From a virus (taxonomy: Duplodnaviria > Caudoviricetes), in the IMG/VR virus record IMGVR_UViG_3300017751_000222, positions 1 to 24,441 of that record: a DNA stretch of 24,441 nucleotides; one strand, written 5' to 3'. A model generated the notes under the pieces. It did not search any database. It saw nothing but the letters and a program-made list of their open reading frames with translations, and was not told the DNA's origin. Position 1 is the stretch's first letter. Every line of letters begins with the position of its first letter. Shown piece by piece: positions 8,141 to 17,318 of the stretch. Made by a program: the position numbers and the translations under genes.

Positions 8141-10543
8141 ATGCCTTTAATTACTTCTACTACAGCTCTCAACAAACTGAAGTGGGGTTACGATAGATTT
8201 AATGCTGGTACATCCGATGGCAGTAACCAACCTTATATCAGACGTGATATCCCAGGGGTTAATGTTGATGATCCAAATCCTACACTATTTAATGATGGTG
8301 AAGATCTTCCTGCAAAAACAGGAATTGATTTTTTACTTAGAAATGGATTTAGAGCACCTGCAGATGCTTTACGAGACGTTAGTAGATTGTTTAAAATGTT
8401 TACTGATTTAAAAACGCCTAATGGTCTTTTATTTACGGCAGCACAAAATATATTATCTCGTACAGCAGTAAAAACAGAGGCTTCTTATGGAGTAGGTTAT
8501 GGGAGTACTAGAGAACCTAATTTTATAACAGGTGAAGGTGGAGGAGCATTAAATGAAGGTATTTATACTCCTTTAAGTACATTAGCCCAAGCAGGAGTAG
8601 GATTTACAGGTACACATTTAAATTTAATGGGATTAGATCCTACTGACCCTATGTCGGGGATTATAGAAGGTGGATTATTTCCTGGAGCAGGTTTAAATAC
8701 TTATTTTTCAACAATAAAAGCAAAAAATTCTGCTGCTACATTTTCAACAAAAACAGAAACATATACTGATAAAATTCCAAATCCATTATATCCTATATTT
8801 AATAATTTACCTTTAATATTAGGAAGTGAAGGACAAAACAACCCAGTAGAACCTGCATATTTAGATGTAGAAAAAGAAAGAATAGTATCTAATGATCAAA
8901 GTGATTTTGATAATAGATTAACAAATCTTTTAGATGTTAAACAAAATGTAAAAAATAATGATGCAAATATTATATCATACACAGGGGGACCAGGATCTAT
9001 TTTAGGGATAGGAAGTACAAATATTAAATTTGCGGATCAAAGAACAGGAGTAAATAATCTTTTATTTGTAAATGACCCTGGGTATTTTTTAGGGAGTAGT
9101 GGTAAAGATCATTATAATTTAAACCCTCAAACAAAAGACTATATAAGTAAATTAGGAGCATCTATATATGCCCAAAAAACATTTAGAGCTGAAGAAGATA
9201 GAGAAGAAATTATTACATATAATACAAACGAAATTATTGAAAATGAAAATAATTTTCAATCAACCATAAAAAATGCTAGTTTATCAACATTAGGATTTTT
9301 CTCAGCAAGACCTGATATCACACCAGATAATTACGGTGTATTTCAACGACCTTCTCCAGCTATAACTAGTAGAATCAAAGCAAATATCTTTTTTGTTGGA
9401 GCAACACAAGAATTTGCAGTAGCATTTCAAGAACAGGCCCCAGCATTAACTGAAGGTCTTAATTTAGGGGCAGATGGAGGAATTTATTTATTTGATAATA
9501 ATGTTTATAAAGATAATTTAGTTAGCGTAGGTAAAGATGAAGGAGGTAAACAATGGGAACAAAATACTTGGACTTTTACTCAAGCACAAATGGAAGATCA
9601 AGCATTATATAGAATTAACCCAGCAGTACAAGATTTTAGAAAAACAATAATTAATGCTTATGAATTAGAACAATCAAGTGTTTTATCATTAGCACCAGAT
9701 TATGTATCTAAATCAGCAAATAGAAGAGTAAATAGAGGGGATCCTGGAAAATCTAACACTTCTAACGGAAGTAAAAATGTATTTAATTATGGTTTACCTG
9801 CGACTCAAATGCAAGCATTAGACAAAATTACAGCCATGCCCATGTATGAAAGTGCTGGTCCTAATACATCTTTAGCTATTAACGACTTTTGTAAATTTAG
9901 AATAGCAGCTATAAATAATGAACCAGATAGTAATGGAAGTGCAGTTTATATGCATTTTAGAGCATTTATTGATTCATTTAGTGATAGCTATAATGCAGAA
10001 TGGTCACCTGTAAAGTATGCAGGTAGAGGAGAAAATTTATATAATTATGGAGGGTTTGGTAGAAGTATTAATATGGCTTTTACTTGTTTTGCTCAATCAA
10101 AACCCGAATTAATTCCTATGTATAAAAAATTAAATTATTTAGCTTCAACTTTAGCACCTGATTATACTAATGCTGGTTTTATGAGGGGTAATTTAGTAAG
10201 ATTAACTATGGGTGGTTATTTATATGAACAGCCTGGGTTTATAACATCTTTAACTTATGACATCCCTACAGAAACACCTTGGGAGGTAGCTATTAATGCT
10301 GAAGGAGGAGGAGATAGTAGTGTTAAAGAATTACCCCATATGATTAAAGTATCATCTTTACAATTTACTCCAATCCATAATTTCTTACCTCAAAAACCAA
10401 ATGTAGCAAATAATCCGGATGAAAGATATATAGCATTATCAAATGCTTTTAATTCAAGAGGAAACTATGCAGATTTATATCCTGAATTAGCTGCAGATGG
10501 TGATGGTGATAATAATAGTACAAATAATATTTTAGGTGAATAG
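8141..10543 (+). CDS. Baseplate/tail tube initiator-like protein (gp48/gp54-like C-terminal domain)
   Basis: 800 aa. C-terminal FRAFIDSFSDSYNAEW..VKYAGRGE..Y.Y.GF.RSI.MAF and LVRLTMGGYLYEQPGFITSLTY pattern is tube-fold-like. Lies between tape measure and the LysM gene. Confidence 0.65.
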   Translation: MPLITSTTALNKLKWGYDRFNAGTSDGSNQPYIRRDIPGVNVDDPNPTLFNDGEDLPAKTGIDFLLRNGFRAPADALRDVSRLFKMFTDLKTPNGLLFTAAQNILSRTAVKTEASYGVGYGSTREPNFITGEGGGALNEGIYTPLSTLAQAGVGFTGTHLNLMGLDPTDPMSGIIEGGLFPGAGLNTYFSTIKAKNSAATFSTKTETYTDKIPNPLYPIFNNLPLILGSEGQNNPVEPAYLDVEKERIVSNDQSDFDNRLTNLLDVKQNVKNNDANIISYTGGPGSILGIGSTNIKFADQRTGVNNLLFVNDPGYFLGSSGKDHYNLNPQTKDYISKLGASIYAQKTFRAEEDREEIITYNTNEIIENENNFQSTIKNASLSTLGFFSARPDITPDNYGVFQRPSPAITSRIKANIFFVGATQEFAVAFQEQAPALTEGLNLGADGGIYLFDNNVYKDNLVSVGKDEGGKQWEQNTWTFTQAQMEDQALYRINPAVQDFRKTIINAYELEQSSVLSLAPDYVSKSANRRVNRGDPGKSNTSNGSKNVFNYGLPATQMQALDKITAMPMYESAGPNTSLAINDFCKFRIAAINNEPDSNGSAVYMHFRAFIDSFSDSYNAEWSPVKYAGRGENLYNYGGFGRSINMAFTCFAQSKPELIPMYKKLNYLASTLAPDYTNAGFMRGNLVRLTMGGYLYEQPGFITSLTYDIPTETPWEVAINAEGGGDSSVKELPHMIKVSSLQFTPIHNFLPQKPNVANNPDERYIALSNAFNSRGNYADLYPELAADGDGDNNSTNNILGE

Positions 10544-10859
10544 ATATAATAAAATACAAAAAATTAGAAATACAAATGAATTTGTAGGGACTATAGGTGA
10601 TTTATATTATAGAACAGTATATTATCCTGAGTTTGGCCCATCAGAAACAGATATTTATGTTGAAACTGAATTTGGGGATAGATTAGATCGTTTAGCATTT
10701 CAATTTTATGGTGATGTTACTTTATATTGGATTATAGCTATAGCTAACCCAAATGTTATAAGTTTTGGAGCATTATTCCCTCCTATAGGATCACAATTAA
10801 GAATACCTACAAATATAAGTGGAATAATAGATAGTTATAATAGATTAAATGAGTTATAA
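10536..10859 (+). CDS. LysM-domain baseplate protein (P2 gpX / T4 gp53-like), GTG start
   Basis: GDRLDRLAFQFYGDVTLYWIIAIANP...G.QLRIP is the characteristic baseplate LysM motif. Confidence 0.88.
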   Translation: MNRYNKIQKIRNTNEFVGTIGDLYYRTVYYPEFGPSETDIYVETEFGDRLDRLAFQFYGDVTLYWIIAIANPNVISFGALFPPIGSQLRIPTNISGIIDSYNRLNEL

Positions 10860-10861
10860 AA

Positions 10862-13800
10862 ATGAATATACTAGGAAAACCTTTTTCGCCATGGGTTACT
10901 AACCAAATAAACACCAGACAAGCGTCTTTAGGTAATAGTACTAATTTAACAAATAGTAACTTATTATATCAAAATGCAAAGGCTCCTTGGATTAGATTAG
11001 CTAGCACAGTAGATATAAAGGCAATTGAAGGTAAAAATACTAATTTTACAAAACTTGCTAATTTTGGTATTTCTGATACTTTAATTCAAGGTGATACAGC
11101 AGCCAGAAATTTCATATTACAAGGAGGTACTTCTAAAATAATAGATAATGATGATAATGAAACAGGAGCATTAAACTCTGGGTTAAATTTAACTAATCAA
11201 CTTTATAATGGAGCTTATGGTTGGGGAGGTATAGAAGAAAGAGGATTTGTACCAATGCCTGGAATAATATCAGCTGATGTTAAATATTATAATAATGGAG
11301 CTTTATCAAAATCTACCATTAATATGAAATGCTTCTCAAGAAATCAATTAGCATTAATGGATGTTCTTTATATGAGACCTGGTTATAATCTTCTATTAGA
11401 ATTTGGATGGAGCCAATATTTAAACAATCAAGGAGAATTAATTCAAACAGATAATTTCTTTTCAGACCCTTTAAGTTTTATATTTAACCCTAATTCAGTT
11501 GCAAGTGATACCCCAACTCATTTTGATGTTTTAAATTTAATCCAAAATGAAAGAATTGCTAGTAATGGGAATTATGAAGGAGTATTTGGTAAAATAACTA
11601 ATTTTAATTGGTCTTTCAACTCAGATGGAAGTTATGATTGTAGAGTAGATTTAACAGGAATGGGAGATATGATGGAGTCTCTAAAAGTAAATATAAAATT
11701 ACCTTCTAAAAAAGATAATGATGTATCAAAAGAAAAAGAAGAACCTGCATCTGAAACAACAGTTCCTCCTATTGTAGCTAATAAAGATAAAACTACTTTA
11801 AATAAAGTTTTATTTCAACTTTATGAACAAAATATAAGTGTTGGAGAAGATACTTTTCAATCTTTAAATCTTAAATCTTTCCCAAATGTTAAAACAGAAA
11901 TTGATTCTGATGGAAAAGTAATAACAGAATTTAAAACAGAAGACATAACAATAAGTAATGGAATGTTAGCTTTAACAGGAACTACTACTGATATAGAAGG
12001 AAATTCATCTCCCCAAGTATATATAACATTTGGTTCTTTATTAGCTTATATCCAAAAATATTTACTTCTTTATAATAAAGAAGGTACTCCATTGTTTGCA
12101 TTTGATGTAAATTTTAATAATCTACCAATAGATGAAAATTATATAGTTTCAATCCCAGGACAATTTTCAGCAGATCCTTTATCATGTTTAATACCTTATA
12201 AAGGTCTTCCTGAAGGTATAGCTGATGATGCTAAGATAGTTGACACTAATGTTAATGATACTTTATTAAAAAATCAAAATACTTTTTTAACAGATAATGA
12301 ATATTTAGGAAGATTAACAGGAATTTATTTAAATATAAATAATATAGCAACAGTTTTAGATTCTTCACCAAGAGAAGAAGATGGAAGTTTATCATTACTT
12401 TCATTTTTAAATAATGTAATAACATCTTTCACTCAGGCTTTAGGGGGTATTAATATGATATCTATTAAAGTTGATGAAGTGACACAACAAATAAAATTCA
12501 TCGAAAATCAACCCCAAAGATTTACACAAGAAGAATCTAATGAAACTTATGCTAGATTTAATACATTTGGTGTAAAACCCAATGCTGAAGGTTCTTTTGT
12601 AAGAAATATAGTTATGGGAGGAGAATTAGGACCTAAATATGCTTCAATGATAGCTATTGGATCACAAATAAGTGGAAATAAATTATCAGCAAATGCCACA
12701 GGATTTTCTACATACAATTTAGGTTTAGAAGATAGAGTCATTCCACAAAAATTAAACCATGATTATGACGCTGGAACTGAAGCAGATGCTAATGCTGAAG
12801 TAGAACTAACTATAGGAGATATATGGAATAAACAAATTAATTATAAAGAAGGAGAATCAGATAAATCATTATTTGAAAGTATATATAATAGTAGACTTTT
12901 TATTACAGAAGATATTAATGCCCTAAAAGAATTAAATTATAATTTTATAAATCAAATTAGTGGAAAGTTAGTAGAAACAAAGCAACTCCAATCACCTTCA
13001 TTTCTACCTTTTAATTTAAGCATTGATATAGATGGTTTATCTGGAATAAAACTATTTGAAAGATTTTTAATGGATGATTCGATACTTCCCCCTTCATATG
13101 GAGAAGGAAATGTAGATTTACTTGTTAAATCTTTAAACCATACAATTGATTCTTCCCAATGGATAACATCAATAGATACTCAAGCAGCACCTTCTCAAAA
13201 ATTAGATCCTGTATCAAAACCTAATAGATTATTATCAACTTCAACAAAACAAAGTAATGCTAGTGGAGGTGGGGGAAGTCCTGTAGGAGAATTAGGAGAA
13301 ATTGCTTCATTAACTTCTGGTTATCCTATGGCTAAAATTTTCTATGATGGTCCTACATCTAAAACCCAAATTGTGATTCATCATACTGCAGGTAGACAAA
13401 ATATAGCAAATACTATTAAATCATGGAGTAAAAGAACAGATCATGTAGCTACTCATTATATTACTAATAATGAAGGTGAAAAAGAACAACTATTTGCTGA
13501 CACAGCTTGGGCAAATCATTTAGGTGTTAAAAGTTCAACTTTTAAAGCTTTAGGAGTTACTTATCAAAATTTAAACAAAACTAGTTTAGGGATTGAAATG
13601 CAAGCTTTTGGAGGGTTAAAGGAAAGAGATGGAAAATATTACACCTATGTAAACTCAGAAATCCCATCATCAAATGTAGCACAACCTGTAGATAAAAATG
13701 GAAATCCTACAACTTATAAAGGTTATTCTTTTTATGAAAAATATTCGTCTTCAAACATTGCTAGAGTTAAAGAAATAGTAACAGGATGGATGGGTAAATA

Positions 13801-13984
13801 TGGAATTCCTTTTGTATATGACTATGATGTTTTATTTCCTAGTACTTCAACAGTTTCATTAGCAGCATTTGAGGGTACATCAGGAGTTTATACTCACAAT
13901 TCATTTAGAACTGGAAAATCTGATGTATTCCCACAAGCAGAATTAATTCAAATGTTTAAATCAATAGCAACTAAAATAGTATAA
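10862..13984 (+). CDS. Baseplate hub-like protein with C-terminal N-acetylmuramoyl-L-alanine amidase (Amidase_2-like), a putative tail-associated lysin
   Basis: Follows the LysM gene. N-terminal PMPGI.S, LYMRPGYNLLLEFGW, GKITNFNWS. After an SGGGGS linker: QIVIHHTAG, VATHYI, WANHLG, N..SLGIEM, VYTHNSFRTGKSD (His/His/Asp Zn-ligand pattern). Confidence 0.78.
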   Translation: MNILGKPFSPWVTNQINTRQASLGNSTNLTNSNLLYQNAKAPWIRLASTVDIKAIEGKNTNFTKLANFGISDTLIQGDTAARNFILQGGTSKIIDNDDNETGALNSGLNLTNQLYNGAYGWGGIEERGFVPMPGIISADVKYYNNGALSKSTINMKCFSRNQLALMDVLYMRPGYNLLLEFGWSQYLNNQGELIQTDNFFSDPLSFIFNPNSVASDTPTHFDVLNLIQNERIASNGNYEGVFGKITNFNWSFNSDGSYDCRVDLTGMGDMMESLKVNIKLPSKKDNDVSKEKEEPASETTVPPIVANKDKTTLNKVLFQLYEQNISVGEDTFQSLNLKSFPNVKTEIDSDGKVITEFKTEDITISNGMLALTGTTTDIEGNSSPQVYITFGSLLAYIQKYLLLYNKEGTPLFAFDVNFNNLPIDENYIVSIPGQFSADPLSCLIPYKGLPEGIADDAKIVDTNVNDTLLKNQNTFLTDNEYLGRLTGIYLNINNIATVLDSSPREEDGSLSLLSFLNNVITSFTQALGGINMISIKVDEVTQQIKFIENQPQRFTQEESNETYARFNTFGVKPNAEGSFVRNIVMGGELGPKYASMIAIGSQISGNKLSANATGFSTYNLGLEDRVIPQKLNHDYDAGTEADANAEVELTIGDIWNKQINYKEGESDKSLFESIYNSRLFITEDINALKELNYNFINQISGKLVETKQLQSPSFLPFNLSIDIDGLSGIKLFERFLMDDSILPPSYGEGNVDLLVKSLNHTIDSSQWITSIDTQAAPSQKLDPVSKPNRLLSTSTKQSNASGGGGSPVGELGEIASLTSGYPMAKIFYDGPTSKTQIVIHHTAGRQNIANTIKSWSKRTDHVATHYITNNEGEKEQLFADTAWANHLGVKSSTFKALGVTYQNLNKTSLGIEMQAFGGLKERDGKYYTYVNSEIPSSNVAQPVDKNGNPTTYKGYSFYEKYSSSNIARVKEIVTGWMGKYGIPFVYDYDVLFPSTSTVSLAAFEGTSGVYTHNSFRTGKSDVFPQAELIQMFKSIATKIV

Positions 13985-14664
13985 TGTATATTCCAAAAAA
14001 TAGAATAAAACCAAACCTTTACACCCCAGGGAATGAATTTTTAATTAAATCATCAGGTGAAAGCTACAGAGGATATTACCATAGCCTTTACACAGGAAAG
14101 TTTTATACAGGAAAAACACAAAATGCTTCTAATATTAGGGAAATTATAAGATATGAAGTACCAGAATTAGAAGGCACACCTAATTTACCACAAAATTTAG
14201 AAAATACAAATGTTATTGCTTTATTTTTAAATGATCCTGATCCTTTAGTAAATGAAGATAAATGGAATCAAAAAGATATTGTAACATTTCTTGAATTAAA
14301 CGGAAAAAGTACAATTGATGATGACCCTAAAAATACACCTTATCAAAGTTACCCTAAACCAACAGAAGATGATTACAAATTAGGAACATTTACAAGATAT
14401 TTTGCGGTTAAGGTAAATGAAAATACATTTTTAGAATTAAATGAAGAAGTATATAAAAAACTTACCAAACAGGATACAAATTGGACTTGGGAATTATGGA
14501 CTTGTTTTAAAATACAATGGACATTAATTGGTGGTATAAAAGAAATTGGCAGTGCTAATAGAAATCAAGTTTTAATAACTGAACAAAGGTTAAAAAGAAA
14601 AGGATTACAAGCTTTTTTAAGAGGTGATTATGTTAAATTTTCTAAAAGACCTAAATTTAACTAG
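13984..14664 (+). CDS. Hypothetical protein, probably baseplate/virion associated (226 aa)
   Basis: Start overlaps the hub stop (TAATG). LYT.G.EF, Y.GYYH, PKPT..DY..G.FTRYF motifs. Last gene of the tail cluster. Confidence 0.7.
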   Translation: MYIPKNRIKPNLYTPGNEFLIKSSGESYRGYYHSLYTGKFYTGKTQNASNIREIIRYEVPELEGTPNLPQNLENTNVIALFLNDPDPLVNEDKWNQKDIVTFLELNGKSTIDDDPKNTPYQSYPKPTEDDYKLGTFTRYFAVKVNENTFLELNEEVYKKLTKQDTNWTWELWTCFKIQWTLIGGIKEIGSANRNQVLITEQRLKRKGLQAFLRGDYVKFSKRPKFN

Positions 14665-14690
14665 GAGTCCCTATTATAATTTTGTATATT
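14661..14690 (+). promoter_or_regulatory. Putative early/middle promoter (class II: CTAG-N20-TATATT)
   Basis: Shares GTATATT and spacing with the sites at 16415-16444 and 18398-18426. Resembles Bacteroidota -33 TTTG / -7 TAnnTTTG promoters. Confidence 0.45.
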
Positions 14691-14706
14691 AATCAAAATA
14701 ATAGTT

Positions 14707-15966
14707 ATGTTTTGGTTAGTTGAAGATAATAAACAATTAGAAATATTTAAGAATTATTGTAAAGGTGATGTTTTTATTGAAATAATACCTTATGATAATA
14801 GAGAGCACCCTACTCAAAATGAAATATGTGCTATTTATATTCGCCCGTTAAATTCAACTAAAGGTTATATTTTACCCACATCCCATAGTGAAACTTTAAA
14901 CATTGATTTATACGTTATAAAACGCGTATTAAACATGGTAGATAATATATATGTGCGTGATAAAAAAGAATTTTTACACTATTTAGTTTTCAAAAATCTT
15001 TTAGACACAACACTTAATGGTCCTACGTATATACCAGAATACACTAAAACTCATAACTATTTTTATAATCAATATCCTAATAAAAAAGACATAAATAGAA
15101 TAATACCTATTGTCAAACATTATGAATATTGTGAAACTATATTTAATGATTTAAAAGAAAAAATAAATGAACCAATCAATGACTTTTACAACAACAGAGC
15201 TACAGTGGTGTTCAACGCCTTGGAGCGAAGTGGAATACGAATTAATAGAGAAAAATTTGAATCGCACTTTCACCCTACCGATAGAGACATCACTTACACT
15301 CAATACAACTTTAAAACAACAACAACAAGACCATCTAACAAATTTGGAGGAGTAAATTATGCGGCACTTAATAAAGATAATGGATGTAGGGAAGCTTTTA
15401 TACCACATAATGATAAATTTATTGAGCTTGATATTGGTGCTTATCATCCTACTTTGCTTGGGTTGTTGGTTAATTATAATTTTGGTAATGAAGATATTCA
15501 CCAAGCATTTGCGGAAATGTATGGAGTGGATTATAAAAAAGCAAAAGAATTAACTTTTAAACAACTATACGGAGGAGTATTCGAACAATTCAAAGATCTG
15601 GAATTTTTTAAAAAAGTTCAAGTATATGTGGATGAGATGTGGGAAAAATTTAATCGAGAAGGTTATATTGAATGTCCTGTTTCAAAGTACATTTATAAAA
15701 AAGAAAAATTAGATGAAATGAAGCCTCAAAAACTTTTAAATTATCTACTACAAAACTTGGAGACAGCCATGAATATTCGTATATTATGGGATATATTTAA
15801 ATTATTAAAAGGACGCAAAACTAAATTAGTATTATATACTTATGATTCATTTTTGTTTGATTTTAGTGAGGAAGATAAAAATTTAATTAAAGAAATTAAA
15901 GCTATATTTACAACATATAAGCTTAAAATAAAAGAAAGTTATGGAAACACCTACAATTTTAAATAA
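14707..15966 (+). CDS. polA: Atypical short family-A DNA polymerase-like protein
   Basis: LERSGIRIN (thumb base), TTTTRPSN (motif 2), ELDIGAYHP (motif A, D242), DIH, KAKELTFKQLYG (motif B), LLNYLLQ (motif 6), LYTYDSFLFD (motif C, D380). Confidence 0.85.
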   Translation: MFWLVEDNKQLEIFKNYCKGDVFIEIIPYDNREHPTQNEICAIYIRPLNSTKGYILPTSHSETLNIDLYVIKRVLNMVDNIYVRDKKEFLHYLVFKNLLDTTLNGPTYIPEYTKTHNYFYNQYPNKKDINRIIPIVKHYEYCETIFNDLKEKINEPINDFYNNRATVVFNALERSGIRINREKFESHFHPTDRDITYTQYNFKTTTTRPSNKFGGVNYAALNKDNGCREAFIPHNDKFIELDIGAYHPTLLGLLVNYNFGNEDIHQAFAEMYGVDYKKAKELTFKQLYGGVFEQFKDLEFFKKVQVYVDEMWEKFNREGYIECPVSKYIYKKEKLDEMKPQKLLNYLLQNLETAMNIRILWDIFKLLKGRKTKLVLYTYDSFLFDFSEEDKNLIKEIKAIFTTYKLKIKESYGNTYNFK

Positions 15967-16414
15967 TTCAGTCAATATGTATACCGTAGACGACTTCTCT
16001 GAATTCGCTACATTAAATATAAAAGATTTGAATAATAAATTATTTTGTACTTTTACTACGTTAGAGGAATTAGACCCATTAATAAAGGGTTTAACTTCTA
16101 CTTATAACATAATGTATAATAAAATATTTGTTTTACATGTTAAAAGTAATGACGAGTATGTATGTACTTATAATATAGATCAAGCTAATTTAAGTTCTCT
16201 CCCAGAGAATACAATTTTAGTACATAGAAAAAAAGAATCAAATACCTTATATACTATTAATGCTTTAAATGAGTTAATTAAAAGATTAAATGGTGGGGTT
16301 GTTGACACAAAGTTTCCGATTACATGGGAACATTATAGAAATACTATATTACTAACTCAAAGAGATGAGTTAAAAGAATTAAAGACAAAAATTTATAAAA
16401 TTCTTGAAGTATAG
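15941..16414 (+). CDS. Hypothetical protein overlapping the polA end (possible polymerase partner)
   Basis: 157 aa, 26-nt overlap with polA, alternative start at 15977. Ordered alpha/beta-looking sequence (KLFCTF, TILVHRKKESNTLYTINALN). Confidence 0.75.
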   Translation: METPTILNNSVNMYTVDDFSEFATLNIKDLNNKLFCTFTTLEELDPLIKGLTSTYNIMYNKIFVLHVKSNDEYVCTYNIDQANLSSLPENTILVHRKKESNTLYTINALNELIKRLNGGVVDTKFPITWEHYRNTILLTQRDELKELKTKIYKILEV

Positions 16415-16444
16415 TTAGGCAAATCGAACATTCGTTCGTATATT
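16415..16444 (+). promoter_or_regulatory. Putative early/middle promoter (class II: TTAG-N20-TATATT)
   Basis: TTCGTATATTC is shared with 18417-18427. Lies upstream of the SSB gene. Confidence 0.55.
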
Positions 16445-16489
16445 CATCACATTAATAAACGTTATAAAACAAATTAAAAGTTATCTATT

Positions 16490-17308
16490 ATGGATTTAAA
16501 TGCAATCAAAAATCGCTTGGAACAAATGAACAAGCAAAGCTCTGCTAATAGTGGAGGCGGTAAATCACTATTTTGGAAACCATCAGTTGGTAAAGAAGTA
16601 GTTAGAGTAGTACCCAACAAATATAATAAACAATTCCCATTTACAGAAATGTTATTTTACTATGGCATTGGTCAAAGAGTAATGGCATCTCCTCAAAACT
16701 GGTCTGAAAAAGATCCAATTCAAGAATTCACTAAACAACTGCGTAATAGTGGTGATAAGGAAAATTGGAGGTTAGCTAAAAAATTAGATGCTAAAACACG
16801 TATTTTTGCTCCTATTATTGTAAGAGGACAAGAAGACGAAGGGGTAAAATTGTGGCAATTTGGTAAAGAAGTTTATCAAGATTTCTTAAATATGGCTTCA
16901 GATGAAGAAATTGGTGATTATACTGATATTGTAGGAGGTAGAGATATTAAGTTAACTACAGTAGGACCTGAAGTAACAGGAACTCCTTATAATAAAACGT
17001 CGGTTGGTCCTTCTCTTAAAACTTCACCTTTATCATCGGATGAAAATTTAGCAGAGAATCTTCTAAATAATCAACCAAACCCACTTGAAGTATTTAAAAG
17101 ATTTTCATTTGATGAAGTTAAATCAGCACTACAAGATTATTTATCTGATGGTGAAACAGAGGTTGTATCAACTACTACTTCTTCTTCACCTGCTGCAGCT
17201 CCAACAAATAATTATTCATTGGATACTAACAAGTCAAAATCTAAAGCTGATCAATTTGATGACTTATTTTCAGATGATAAAAATAAATCAGACGATTTAC
17301 CGTTTTAA
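16490..17308 (+). CDS. ssb: Single-stranded DNA-binding protein (T4 gp32-like)
   Basis: FWKP..GK..VRVVP, PF.E..FYY, DPI.EF, GVKLWQFGK.VY, D.TD...GRD pattern. Acidic tail ending FDDLF...DDLPF. Confidence 0.85.
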   Translation: MDLNAIKNRLEQMNKQSSANSGGGKSLFWKPSVGKEVVRVVPNKYNKQFPFTEMLFYYGIGQRVMASPQNWSEKDPIQEFTKQLRNSGDKENWRLAKKLDAKTRIFAPIIVRGQEDEGVKLWQFGKEVYQDFLNMASDEEIGDYTDIVGGRDIKLTTVGPEVTGTPYNKTSVGPSLKTSPLSSDENLAENLLNNQPNPLEVFKRFSFDEVKSALQDYLSDGETEVVSTTTSSSPAAAPTNNYSLDTNKSKSKADQFDDLFSDDKNKSDDLPF

Positions 17309-17318
17309 TAAATAGTAT

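Noticed and set aside
320-14664. Bacterial extracellular contractile injection system (eCIS/tailocin) or T6SS
   Set aside because: The tail genes are contiguous with a phage-type replication and RNR module on the same strand, and no eCIS ATPase or effector is seen. This fits a phage genome.
14707-15966. polA as a pseudogene
   Set aside because: The ORF is uninterrupted, both catalytic Asp residues and the motif-B Lys/Tyr are retained, and it has its own promoter-like site.
16445-16489. T4 gp32-style autogenous translational operator in the SSB leader
   Set aside because: The leader is A/T-rich and unstructured, but so are all leaders here. No pseudoknot or repeats are visible.
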